Source: Euglena gracilis
Taxonomy: Eukaryota
Assembly (NCBI GenBank): GCA_039621445.1
Contig: CP154954.1
Location: 20,880,642-20,944,641, forward strand
Direction of reading: 5' to 3'
Length of the DNA: 64,000 bases
The notes beneath the pieces are model-generated. The model was not told the origin of the DNA and did no database searches. It was given only the letters and a program-made list of their open reading frames with translations. The stretch's first letter is position 1; each line of letters begins with the position of its first letter. Shown here piece by piece: positions 11,301-23,300 of this stretch. The translations under genes and the position numbers were made by a program.

Positions 11301-14300
11301 GTTCCATAAGGACAGGTGGGACATCCCCCAGGGAAAGCGCCACCTAAACAGTGGCGCTGCCCAGGTGACCAATTTTCGCCTCCCGAAATTGGCTGAAAAT
11401 GCATTATGGGGCAAATTTTTTTGGGGCAAAACTTTGTCGAAACGCAAAAAAAGCGCCAGAAGGAAAATTTTGACTGGGAGTTTTAACCGGGGGTTTAACT
11501 GGGAGAAGGGAATTTAACTGGGAGGTTCGGATATCCCCACCCACGAGGAAGGTGGGGGGGGGGGGGTCCAGACGTAGGCGGCGTAAACTGCCCATGATAA
11601 AATTGACTGGAAGTGGATCCCGGAATGCCAAAAAAATGCTGTAAAAATAGCCAAAATTTTCGTGTTCCGCATCGTATCAAAAAATTTTCGGTCCTACTGG
11701 CTGCATAACAGCTGAAGCGGAAAACCGCTTCGATGATTTCCGAAATTTATTTTTAGCAGATTCACGGGTAAATGCGATCAAGCAAAAAGGTTGTAGAAAA
11801 CCTACTACATAGACAAACAACGAATAATATCATCTGTCCTTCAAACACACAGATACAGAAAGAGAATATATACATAGCAAATACCTGCGTGCAAGTTAGC
11901 CATCAGCATAACAAAGACATTCAAGTAAGATGCCTGATGAAGCGGAATACCGCTTCATCAACACCCACAGTCGTGATATGACGTTACGTCCATCTGAACC
12001 AGCTGTAACAGAAATTACAGTTACATTTATGCTGTGCCGGATGAAAAGGAGGAGAGACCACGTTGCACCTGTGTGATTCACTCTGCCTGACACCGACGTT
12101 GGCCACCGTCGGTGTCGATTGTACCTGTGGGCTGCCGGGGCCGCAAGCGGCGGAAGCAGGCACCCGGCAGCCCCGTGGCTCCCCGCCTTGCACTGCCGGA
12201 GACAGAATGGTTTTCAGCTTAGACTGAACGTAGAACTAACATATCACGTTCGTGGTACACATGGCGGTTTGGTGGTTGTGTAATGCGCGGAACAAATGCG
12301 TAGGTCCATGAAAAGCAGCTTTACAGAGGAAGCGGGTTTCCGCTTCCTTTACACGGATTTGACACAATTCCCAAAAAAGGGAAGAGGCTGGACCGGGTCC
12401 AATTCACTTCCCCGTACCCCCGAACGGTGCCCAGCCGTCAGGGGTTCGGTTACGGCTTTTGCTGGACCAGGCTGGCGATCGTACAGTCCAGGCTCCCCGT
12501 TCATGGCTGCACATAAACGTTACCTAGTGTACGTTGTACCTTGCGAAATGAACTTTATGGTTCGGTCAAACGTTAAACGGTTAACAGCATCGCGCATCAC
12601 ATTGCAATGCTTGCAAAGCCAGGCAGATTGCAGTGTCAGATTCGACAGGAAGCGGTTTTCCGCTTCTTTTAATAAAGTGTCCAATATGTTTAATGTCATT
12701 CGCGAGGTACATAACTGTTTACCGGTTGCGTGTACCATCAACAGGACAACAGTCGTCATGTTAGCAACCCAATTGAAGAACACGGTTACAGTGGTGGACC
12801 GAAGCCAAGATTGGTATACTGCAAGTCGTCGTGCTGGTACCTCATTGTTCGCCACTTGCGCTGAGTTGATCGAGTCCATGAGAAGTCCGCTGCAGACATG
12901 ACCTTGGCGGAGTTTTTATTAATAACAACACGGAAAACGGTTCTATAAGTCCAACGCAATGAAAACGAAGCGGAAAACCGCTTCACCTACGACTGAAATC
13001 GCGATCATGTCTGTTCATACCGAGTGTGTGACCGCAAAGTACTACATAGTTCAAACTACACGCATTCAAGTGGTATAACTGAACGTGCTCTGCGGGCTGC
13101 CGCTGGCAATGGCCAGCAAAGGCCGTAAGTGGCGGGGACTGCCCACCCCCACCACGTACTGTCTGTGGTTCCCTACCAGTGACAGCCTCCTTTTTTGCTT
13201 TTACTGAGGGCAGCGGGAATCCGCTTCAAACGAAGCCACACATGTGGGTAGCGACTGTGATCACGCAGGCAGTCGGGTTCATCAGCGCACATTGGACGCA
13301 GCTTGTTGGACGATGTGTCACTCTTCTAAGTCACATTGGTATGGACGACTGAATAAAGACGTGAGGTCTGTGTATATACCGAGATCAAGATACTACATAC
13401 GCCTGCGAGGTTGCGATCAGTTGGTTAGTCCGCAGGGTAGAGTAGTGACTGTGATCACGGCAGGCAGTCAAGCAAATGTGGGTAGTGACTGTGATCACTC
13501 AGGCAGTTGTACCAAAAAAACAGTCAGTAATTTTAAAATGAGACACAGTAGGAAGCGTTTTTCCGCTTCCTGAAAAAACTGCTGAAAAAATACGTCAATC
13601 CAACCCTACGTTTCTGAATCGCGAGGTTTCTAACCGACGTAACATGGCAGTTGTACCACCAACCACATCAATTCACCATAAGCTCCCAGGTACTCCTGTT
13701 TTGGGAAGGATTTTACATGACGTCGCGCTCTGGATGCGCCCAATTTGAGAGACCAACGTCCTGTTGCACCCCCCATTTTAAAATCTAAATACATCTGCCA
13801 AACAGCACCAAGAAATCAGCAAACCCGTCTTATGAAGCGTAAAACCGCTTCATATTTGAAACTATAAGCAATTTATCAACGCGTTCTTAGGTTAACGGGT
13901 CATAAACAGGAGATTACCAAGAGGAAGCGGTTATCCGCTTCCTTTTGACGCACGATATTCATATCTGGTCATTGGAACAGAGATCACATGCCAGCCGTTC
14001 CGTCGCCTGAGGAGTTGGTCCTGAACATTCGGGGCCTTCGCGCCTATTTGCAACGAGGTCGGCCTCGTTCGGGATGGGACCTATTTCATGATGCCTTCGT
14101 GGCTCGTGATGTGGGTGCCCAAGCGATTGTGGCACTGTGCTGCATGGTGCGGCTGAATCGGCGTTCACGTCGCACAGCAGAGGTGGTGCGGGAGGCCTAC
14201 ATGCGGTCTTCCTCTCACCATCCTCGGTGGCTGGGACAGCTCGCCACTGGGGCGTATGCTGTGTGGCGTACGCTGCATCGACAGGCCCAACCCCTCGCAG

Positions 14301-17300
14301 ACCCCAGTACAGTGGCCGAGAACACTCCCAGCATGCGGGCACTGCAGCAGCTTCCGAGGGCAATGCGGAGAACGCTACGGCACACCGGCGTGGTGGGTCG
14401 TACGGAGGTGCCGGTTGCAGCCCGGGCAGCGGTGGCGGCGCGGGACATCCTGGCCTCCCTGCGGAACCACCAGGTTGTCCTCTGGCTGGACAACTTCTGC
14501 TGGCTACGCTGGGGGACGGACCCGGCCACCCCAAACCTGAGCCAGAACCTCACTGCTTTTGGAACAGTGCAGGGCATACTGATGTGTGCATGATTCAATG
14601 AATCACTGGTTGGTTCCTGAAGCAGTGAATGGCAATGAAGCGGAAAACCGCTTCATTAGTACTCAATATGTTTGCATGGCTGTTTGTGGTTCAACTGTAA
14701 CAAATAAATGATTCAGAAGGATGATTCAGAAGGATAACACCCGTACTTTGCACTGATACCGCTTCCTGCAGCTGGAGAACCTGCTGCACCGACAGGGGAC
14801 GAGGACGCGTTCCTTGACCTTCCCGGTGTCTCCAGGACATCCAGAGCTGAGCGACCTGATTGGCAACCTGGAGGTGGTGGCGTCCTCCTGTTGTACCGCA
14901 TCGTTGCTGCTGCACCAAGCCGTGGGTCGGATACGACGGATGCAGCTGACGGAGACGTCGATCAGAGTACCACTGGATGTGGCGCGGACCGACATGCGGT
15001 CCCTGCAGTGGCGGCCGCTGTCACTGACGGAGCAGGTGGTGTCAGCCAACCTGGACTTGTTGCTGGTACTGCAGACGGCCAGGTCGCTGCAACACCTCAC
15101 TCGTCGCCAGACGCCGCTGCTGGTGGATGAGAACATCCACTACAGGTGCCTGAGGCTGCTGTACTCTGCGTCGGCATCGCGGTACTACGTGTCCCGCTAT
15201 CTGGCCGAGGTCCCCCTGCTGTACGGCATCTGGCACGCGTACAAGCACACGGTGACCATCGTGTACCGGGCGTTCTTCCCGGTGCTGGCACAGCTGGAGG
15301 TGTCCCCCGGTGACCACCACTTGACGTGCAGCCTGCGGAGCCACCGGAAGGTGCTGTACATGGAGAAGCTGTTTGCCAGCCTTCTGTTGTCCCGCGAGTC
15401 GGTCATGTCCCACTCTGAGTCGCGTATAGCACCAGGGAAGCGGTTTTCCGCTTGCTTTGCCCCACGTGACATTTCAGGATGTCTGTGACATGCTATCTGC
15501 GATTCAGTAGTCAACTGTCAACCAGAATGGGAGATTGGAGTCGCTCAGGGACTACACGAGCTGAACAACAGCAGCAACTCCGGTCCTACCCGTACCAGCT
15601 GCTACAAGGGCTGTGGAACATCCTGGTGTTCTATGCCCCGGCCTTGCTGCACTTGGGACACGAGGTCCGACAGTGTACCTGGAGAGGTAGAACCGAGGAC
15701 GAGGTGAAGGGTACTACCGCTCGGCTGGTGCTGCAGAAGTGCCTCCTGCTGCTGATGCACCTGGAACGGCTGATGAGTCCCGGAAGGCCGCCGTCGGAGT
15801 ACCAGCGGACCATCTCCCTGGCCCTGCTGGGGTGGCAGGACTGGATGTCCCGGCTGCCGGGCTGCGTGTTCGTGGAGGAGGCTGGTGAGGCCATGCTGTC
15901 GAGGCTGTCGTCTGCCTGCAAACGGAACCCCCACGTGACCAGCTTCGAGGGTACACTGCAGCTGTTCCTCAACCTTGGCGCCCCCTCCGGCGAGTCCCAC
16001 CACAGCCGTGGCAGCCTCCGGAAGCAGCTCGTGCAGGAGATGGCACGTCGTGTTCGTGGCCTGGTTGGCAGCCCTGGTGACCGTCCATTTCCGAAGCGGG
16101 TGGACAGCACCACCGTGCGGTGGCTGGTGGACCCAGAGACCTACCCCACCTGGATGGCACCGGAACCTCTGCCAACGCGGATGACCACTGAGCAGCTGCT
16201 GCCCGTCGACACTCCCTTCAGACGCTGGTCCGAGGACAGCGCCTCGCTGCAGACGTGGAGGAGTGGCTCAGGACCAACGTGGGCACTGTTGATCCAGATC
16301 TTCTGCAAGAAAGAGAAGAGGCGATGTACCCCTTCCTCGCGCGCAGAAGAACCAGGGCTGCCACAGCGGAACATCCTCTTCAGCGTCCCGATGAAGCGGA
16401 AAACCGCTTGCACGACGCGGATGAAGCGGATACCCGCTTCGATGTCAACTCAGCTGAGATGGAGGTGGCAGAGGCATCGATCGTGGTGGGTGACCAGGAG
16501 GAAGGCAGCAGTCTGTACGAGCCACCGGAGTCCCTCTACGAGCCGCCCGGTGACTTATCGGACGGCTACGTGTCTGTGGGGGCCTCCGACGGATTGGACT
16601 GGCTGGGCTCACTGCAGGGCAGTGATGTATCCGATGCTTCGTTGGACGTATCCGTAGCAGTGGTGTGTTAATGCCTCCTGATTGCTGTTTGTGGGAGATA
16701 TCTGTTGTATATACGGTATTTGGGTCACGTTGGGTTCACACGCTGGCTATTACAAACTAATACATAGGCAAATATGAGCATACCGGACCATGACCACTAC
16801 AGACAACAAGAAAATGGATACATTTTTAAACCTGGTGCTGTTTGCTCCAGGTTGGCAGTGCAAAATGGAGAGTGTTTTGCAAACAACAAGTAAAATCAAA
16901 AAAATCACCTATTTGGCTGTGTTTTATAAATTCTTTTTGAAAATAAATGATGCAAATCCATTCATTTCAGCCTTATTTTCTACAGATTGCAGGAATATAT
17001 ACATATTTTTTTGATTTTTCCTTCACAGACCAGTACACATGCCTCCGAAGAAGCTGGCGAAGGCAGACACCACGGGACAGTCGATCCCGAAGCTGCTGGA
17101 AGACGAGGAGATGTGGCTGCAGAGGGACCAGGGTTAGATTTGTGGTTCCTTTTGGTGAATGAACAGATATCAATTGGTAAGTGTGGCGAGGTTGCCCTCA
17201 GTGGAAAGACTTCTGTTGACATTCTTCATTGCAGCTAACGTTCAGAAGCATTGACAGATAAAAAAATCACTTTGGTCAACCAATGAAGCGGAAACACGCT

Positions 17301-20300
17301 TCATTGCCGTGAATTGCATTAGTTCTTCCACAAAAGAAAGATAACTTAACTAACCCTGTAGTCGGGCAGCTGGTCCTGGACGTTGACCTGAGCCGGGGGC
17401 AGGTCCGGCGGCCCCGTCAGGAGCACGTGAACGACCTCATCACCGAGCTGAAGAACAATCCGCCGCAGGAGCTGGTGCTGACGGTGTGGCCGGAGAGAGG
17501 TGTCCACCAGCACTCTCCAAATTGTGTTCGTCGTTCCTGTGGATCGGAACCCCACGCTTCAAGTTGGTGGGTTGGCACTTTGGACATAGGACATAGGACA
17601 CATGTGTGTTTCTCTGTTTCATCATATGGAAATGATCTTTCATGGGTTGTCTGGGGCAATGGATCGTTTCTGAATTTGTTCCCCTCTTCGCAGCTACGGG
17701 GAAGTGGGTCATCCTGAGTGGTCAACATCGTTTCCTGGCCGCGTCGGCCATCGCCGACGCCGCCATCGCCGATGCCCGGCGAGCTCCAGCCTTCACGGAG
17801 AGGTTCCGGTGCAAGGTGGTGAAGGAGAACACCAGCATCGTCGAGCGCCAGCAGCTGGCCGGCAGGTTGCAGGCCATGGACGGCAACGTCATGGACATGA
17901 CCCTGGCGGACCGCCTGCACTGGCTGCTGAAGGAGGACACCCACAACCGGGAGATTGCCGAGGTGGAAGGGGTGGCGTACAACCCCACCAAGACGGAGCT
18001 GTTGAAGAACGTGTACAGCAAGACGGGATGCCGGGAGACCGTGGACGGTGCGCTGGTATGTTCTGTCGCCTATGGACGATTATGCAGCCCAGAATGATTA
18101 TGTGATATTTAATGACTGATAGCATATGTCATAGTCAGTTTGTTGTTGGGGGTTCTAATGTGATCACAAAAGGAAGCGTTTTCCCGCTTCATTATCCTCT
18201 ATTTCAATTCTTGCCCTTCTCAGGGTACGTGGGTCAAAGCCATGATCCCGGTCACGGAGTGGGTGCTGCAGAGTGGGACCGAGGCTGTGGAGGTGGTGAA
18301 GAGGATGGAGGCCCGAGGTGGGGACCGTGTGTCCCCACACACGTTCAAGTGCCTGGAGGCCATCTACCACCCGGACGACTACGCGGAGCTGGCCCAGGTG
18401 ATGTTGGACGAGAAGTCCAAGCCCACCACCCAACGGCTGGTCCAGGCTCCACATTTTGCATTCCACATCTGGCGGATGGTTGTAAATCGAAAATGAAGAG
18501 GGATTTTTTCAATCACAATGCAGACAGGAAGCGTGTTTCCGCTTCGTACATAAACTTTTAATTTTTAATGTATAATTGTGTTCACAATATTCACCCACTC
18601 ATCCAAAATACAAAATGGAGTCTGCTTCCAAGCACGAGACGGCGAAGCTGGTGCGCCGGAGGACCTGGACGTGGCTGCTGCAGCACCCGGAGCTGGATGC
18701 CGATGTTCTTCACCCGACCAGAAGTGTGTGCTTTTGTATAATTGTCTGCATGAATCATATGCGTGCAAGTCTAAGAGCTGCTGGCTTTGATAACTGGTTC
18801 TTTACAATGATAAAATTCAGTCTGTATCATGAAGCGTTTTTCCGCTTCACTTTGTTTATTTGTGTTCTTTTTGCAGAGGACCTGGTGCAGGTGGCCGCGC
18901 TGGAGACCGCCCTGCAGCCGGAGCACGTCAAGGTGCCGATGACTGGAGTGAAGTGGAGGTGGTCGCCCGAAGCCCCCTGTGCGGGGACCAACTTCTGATT
19001 TGGAAAAACAATTCTCGTTTCATAGCCTGGAGTGAATGCACCCCTCCCAGTGAATGCATGCACACCCTCTCTGATGCGATGTCAGTTGTCCCCCGGCATC
19101 GGCCGCCCATCGAGGTGGTACGCCGCGCGCCGCTGTGGGCCGACCCCTTGTACGAGGGACTCAGGCAGCGGCTGCTGGGCCCCGTGATGGAGCCCGTCGT
19201 CAAGATCGGGGGCGTCTTCGGCACCCTGGACCTGCACGGGATGAGCCTGCCTGGCCGCGGTCCGTCAACGCCCGGGAAGTCCAAGAAGCCGGAGGAGGAG
19301 GTGTCCAGCACCCAGGAGATCTCCACGCCAGGCCGGGCCACGGCCAAGCGGGCTGCCCAGCCTGAGGCGCCGAAGACCGGCCTCATCCACGTGGTGCCCA
19401 TGCAGTCCACGGACAACGCCTGGCCGAAGGACCTCCGTCTGCTGGACCTGGCAGCCGTGGTGGTGGAGGTTGAGCCCCAGCAGTTCGCCGACGAGGACAG
19501 CGTGCATACCGAGGTGTTGAGGCTCATGCTGACGGGGGTGCCCATGATCGCCGTCGGGAGGGATATCGACCTGCGAGATCTCCAAGCGCGGCTGACGAAG
19601 TTGCTGGGCAGTGAGATGACCGTCTTCCGCAAGGACATCGTCCTCTTCATCCCGCAGCCGGGGCCCGACCCGGAGTGGATCTGGGCGCGAAGGACCCTGT
19701 CCGTGTTCACCACGAACAAGAAGACCATGAAGGTGCACCATCGTCGGTGATGAAGCGGAAAAGCGCTTCCTGATAATGAGAGCACTTCATGTCTATGTCA
19801 TAGTGAGTGCATACATGTACATCGTACAAAACAGAAATTCCCTGTTACTTCCCGTCGTAGGACCCCGGACAGATCACCTTGCAGGGGATGCACCAGGTCC
19901 CGGATTGCACTTAGCATGCTAGCAAGCTAAGAATGTTGTCTTCAGTTTTCATACTTCAATCGTGAAACCCGGTTGTTGAGGGCAGTGTCGACCAACCCCG
20001 TTAGATTTTGGCGATGTCTGTTTTGAACTGCAATCCGGTGCACCCGACGTTGCCCATCTTGTTCCTGTGGAGGTGGTCTGGTGGTTCCTGCGGCGGCTGG
20101 AGGTGGCCACCGCCGAGTGGGTGATGGTGCTGAGTTCCCGGCCGGTGCTGTCCGCCCAGCTGGCCGTGCGGGCGGGCAGCGCCATCAACCTGCTGTGGGG
20201 CGTGCCGGCGCTCCCCTCCGACGACGCAGAGGCCCAGCAGCGCTGCCTGGAGGACATCGGCCGCGAAGTGAGGGTGGCCGACGGGCTACCGCCGGTGATC

Positions 20301-23300
20301 TGGGTGCAGGGTGGCCCAGGCTTCTGTCCCATACTTTCACCGAACTTCAATTTCACATGGTGTGACGTTTAACGAATGCAAATGGAAATCACCTGGTTCA
20401 ATTTGTGTTTTTTTGTAGATTTAACAATTGAAGTGTAAATCCGCTTCGAATTACTTTGCTAAAATGTTTTATGGTTTTGTATCTGCATTCCCATTCCCTT
20501 CTGACTCCGGACAAGGCATTTTCATTGGGTTCCCCTGTAGCCAAGGACGTCCACCTGAGGATCGTCCGCCACGTGGCCCTGAACGTGTCCGGGTACATCC
20601 CGGAGGGGACGGACACGGCCCCCGCACCACCGACGGAGGAGGAGCCCCCGTCCAAGGGCGGCCGGGACCCGAAGGACTTCAAGTTCAAGGAGACCAAAGA
20701 GTCCCAGGACAAGCCCAAGGAGAAGGAGACCAAGGACAAGCCGGACAAGAAGACCAAGGACACGCCCAAGAAGGGCGTCCGCGGGAAGCAGTCCGCCTCC
20801 TCGCAGCAGCCGGCTCGGCACTCCTACGAGTCGTCCCCGGAACCGCCGGAGCGCCCGACACACAGGGAGCGGCCTAATGGTGGATTGTCTGTGATATCTC
20901 TTTCCTTATGTCATCTCTCCAGTTGGCAGTAATTTAACAATTCTGTTTGATGAAGCGTTTTTCCGCTTTCTTATAACTGAATCAGAGTATCTTTGTAAGA
21001 TTGGTATTGTGTTTCACGTTTTACTATAATGCGATGCACCAAATCAAAACCGTTATCTGAGTTCCACGCCTCCCGTTTGCGCCGCTCCCTGTTGCCGAGG
21101 AAGCGGTCCGCCCTGGAGAACATCCAGGAGATGCTGGTGGACGACGAGTGAGCGGGCGGCTGCGGCAGCCGTGGTGGCAGCGGGCGGCTCGTGACGCCAG
21201 CGAGGGAGGGACAAGCGAGCCCCAGACCTGTACCGGACCCAGACCGGACCAGACCCATACCCACACCCAGACCCAGTCCCCAACCATGCGCACACCTTCG
21301 CCACACCACACCCACCCATTTCGCCGTGTCTTTCCTTTGTGTTTGTCTTTGGCATGGCTGCGTAACTGGGGGCTGTGGGGTTTGTTGCAGCTGTGACTTT
21401 TGTTCTGAGAATCAAAGTTACAAATCCACAACTTGCTCAGTTAATGGTGCTTCGGGATACAATGCATCTTCTCGGTACTGTTTGATGCGTGATTCACGTT
21501 TGTTGCGTAGTTCAAGTTTGCCATTTGTCATTACAATCTGCATTCAGTTGGTTCAGTGATGTTGACAATGGCAGTTTCAGACCAGTACAGTACAGTTTGG
21601 ATCAGACTAAATTTCTCTGCTTTGCTTTGAGGAAGCGGAAACCCGCTTCATCATTTCCTGCTTGTTTTTGCAGGTTTTCCCTCCTGCCCGCTTATGATGG
21701 CCCGGTACCTCAAACGCAGACTTTGATTACAGGTCTGTATTGTTCTGTTTGTTCCATTTGTATGCCGTTTGTTGTGGCTGTAATGTTTTCTGATTAATGT
21801 ATTCGTTAAACTTATGCCAATGATTACTGCTGAGTTCGTGTGGTTCATCACACCCCTCCGGATATGCTGAACGAATGTATGTGGGTATTATTATTCACTG
21901 TTTGAAGTGAATCTACTTCCATCTGACTTATCACATAATTTTTATGTTTCTCATTAAAGCGGTTTTCCGCTTCCTTTTCGTTTTAGGAAAATTTTCTTCA
22001 CTTTGCTGTAGTATTCCCTTAGGCATGATTCTTCTGATGTTGATTTTGGTGACCTGTGCATGATTTTGAAGCGGAATGTCCTCTTTACCGCTTCCTATAT
22101 TTTGTGTTTATTATTTTACCCCCTTTGCAGGGGGTTTCGCCTTCTTCTGTCTCTGGAGGCTGTCAACATGAGGTGTGTGGTTGCACTTTATTGCTGTCTT
22201 TGAAATTTCTGTATGGTTTTCGTTCATTTAGACTAAATTTCAAAATTTTAGTGGCATTTTTGCTTGTTTTTGGAGTTTTCAAAACTTCGTTACGGCAAGC
22301 CAAACGGCCACTCAGAAATGGCCGAAATCGGTACCTCCTCTAAAACCTTCAAAAAAAACAGGCCATTTTTGGAAGCGTTTTTCCGCTTCCTTTTCCGTTT
22401 CGAGGGGGTTTAAATTTTTGGGCAGTTTATGCCTCCTAAGCCAGATAACCCACCTATGGTCCAAGAGGAGGGTGGGGGTGTTCCCTCTGCCTCATGTGGG
22501 TAAATCGCCATCTGTTTTCTGTTTGCAAACGTTTGTTGTGGCATGGCTTCCTGTTCTGCCTCGCTCTTGATATTTACTAAAAACAGACCAATTTCTGGTT
22601 GATGACCAGGCTGCTTTTTAATTGGCGGACCCCCCCAGGTTTGATATAAGAAGAGTACAGGGTAGAGAAGGGGGGGTGTCCCCCAAGGGGCATACGGAGT
22701 GGGGGAGGGGGGGGCACCTCGCTCCTTCAGGAACTGCCGCAGCTCCTTCGTCTTGTGCTTCCCCAGGTTGTCACCGCCAGGCCTCTTTTTGATAACACAG
22801 TCCTTATTGCCTGCCCATGGCAGTCACACCCCCTGGACCCCGGCATATTTCCCCTGAAAATGCCCATTGGGTCCCCCAGTTGGTGCTGGGGGACCCCTCC
22901 CCCCCCACTTAAACCCCCCTCGGACCGACCAACCAAAAGGACACCTTATAAACCGCCCATCGTGAACAAAAATGAAAACGGTGTGGACATTCTGTTTGCC
23001 CTCAAAACTGCCCAGATCCGATTTTTTGGAAATTTCACTGACTTCGGACATCATCAAAAATGCAATTTTAGCCAATTTTGGTCAAAATAGATTCCTTGGG
23101 GGTATTTTGGTGGATTTCGACGAACAATTCCTTGACTCATAAAACCTCCCCATTATCAGCATTGTTATTTTTACTGACTTGTGAAACCCCCCCCCATTAT
23201 AAAACCCCCTCATCCGACCCGCCACACCAGACCCAGGGGGGGTTACAAATGGGAGGGTTTACCAGTTTACAGCATTACCCGGGGGGGTCAGGGTGCGGGT

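Larger units (their letters stand above)
11714..22389. repeat. Dispersed 18-bp palindrome GAAGCG-N6-CGCTTC, at least 23 copies
   Basis: Starts at 11714, 11939, 12329, 12649, 12967, 13210, 13552, 13834, 13924, 14637, 15437, 16393, 16423, 17285, 18173, 18528, 18831, 19752, 20430, 20952, 21632, 21956, 22372 (at most 1 arm mismatch); degenerate versions at 21904 and 22068. Confidence 0.95.
11573..22440 (+). mobile_element. 10.9-kb TIR DNA transposon carrying a DDE-like transposase, a ParB-domain gene and dispersed palindromes
   Basis: Left end CGTAGGCGGCGTAAACTGCCCA (11573-11594) vs reverse complement of right end CTTAGGAGGCATAAACTGCCCA (22419-22440), 19/22 identical; CCAGA at 11568-11572 and 22441-22445; interior lacks the long G/C homopolymers and MITEs seen in flanking host introns. 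Confidence 0.88.

Noticed and set aside
12296-12901. 201-aa ORF in the left arm of the transposon
   Set aside because: It runs across AT-rich intron-like segments and palindromes (KRFSAS) with no recognisable domain; more likely small exons in other frames.
11714-13941. Palindrome series as a CRISPR array
   Set aside because: Repeats are 18 bp with a variable core, spacing is irregular (90-390 bp here), no cas genes are seen and the context is eukaryotic.
17167-17176. 10-nt mini-exon (AG/ATATCAATTG/GTAAGT) in the ParB gene
   Set aside because: It breaks the frame between the flanking exons, which join in frame without it; unresolved without cDNA.
11573-22440. Bacterial contamination, or a Polinton/viral insertion
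   Set aside because: The genes have host-type introns and the insert has TIRs and a TSD within a host intron; no polymerase B, capsid, packaging ATPase or ParA motifs were recognised.
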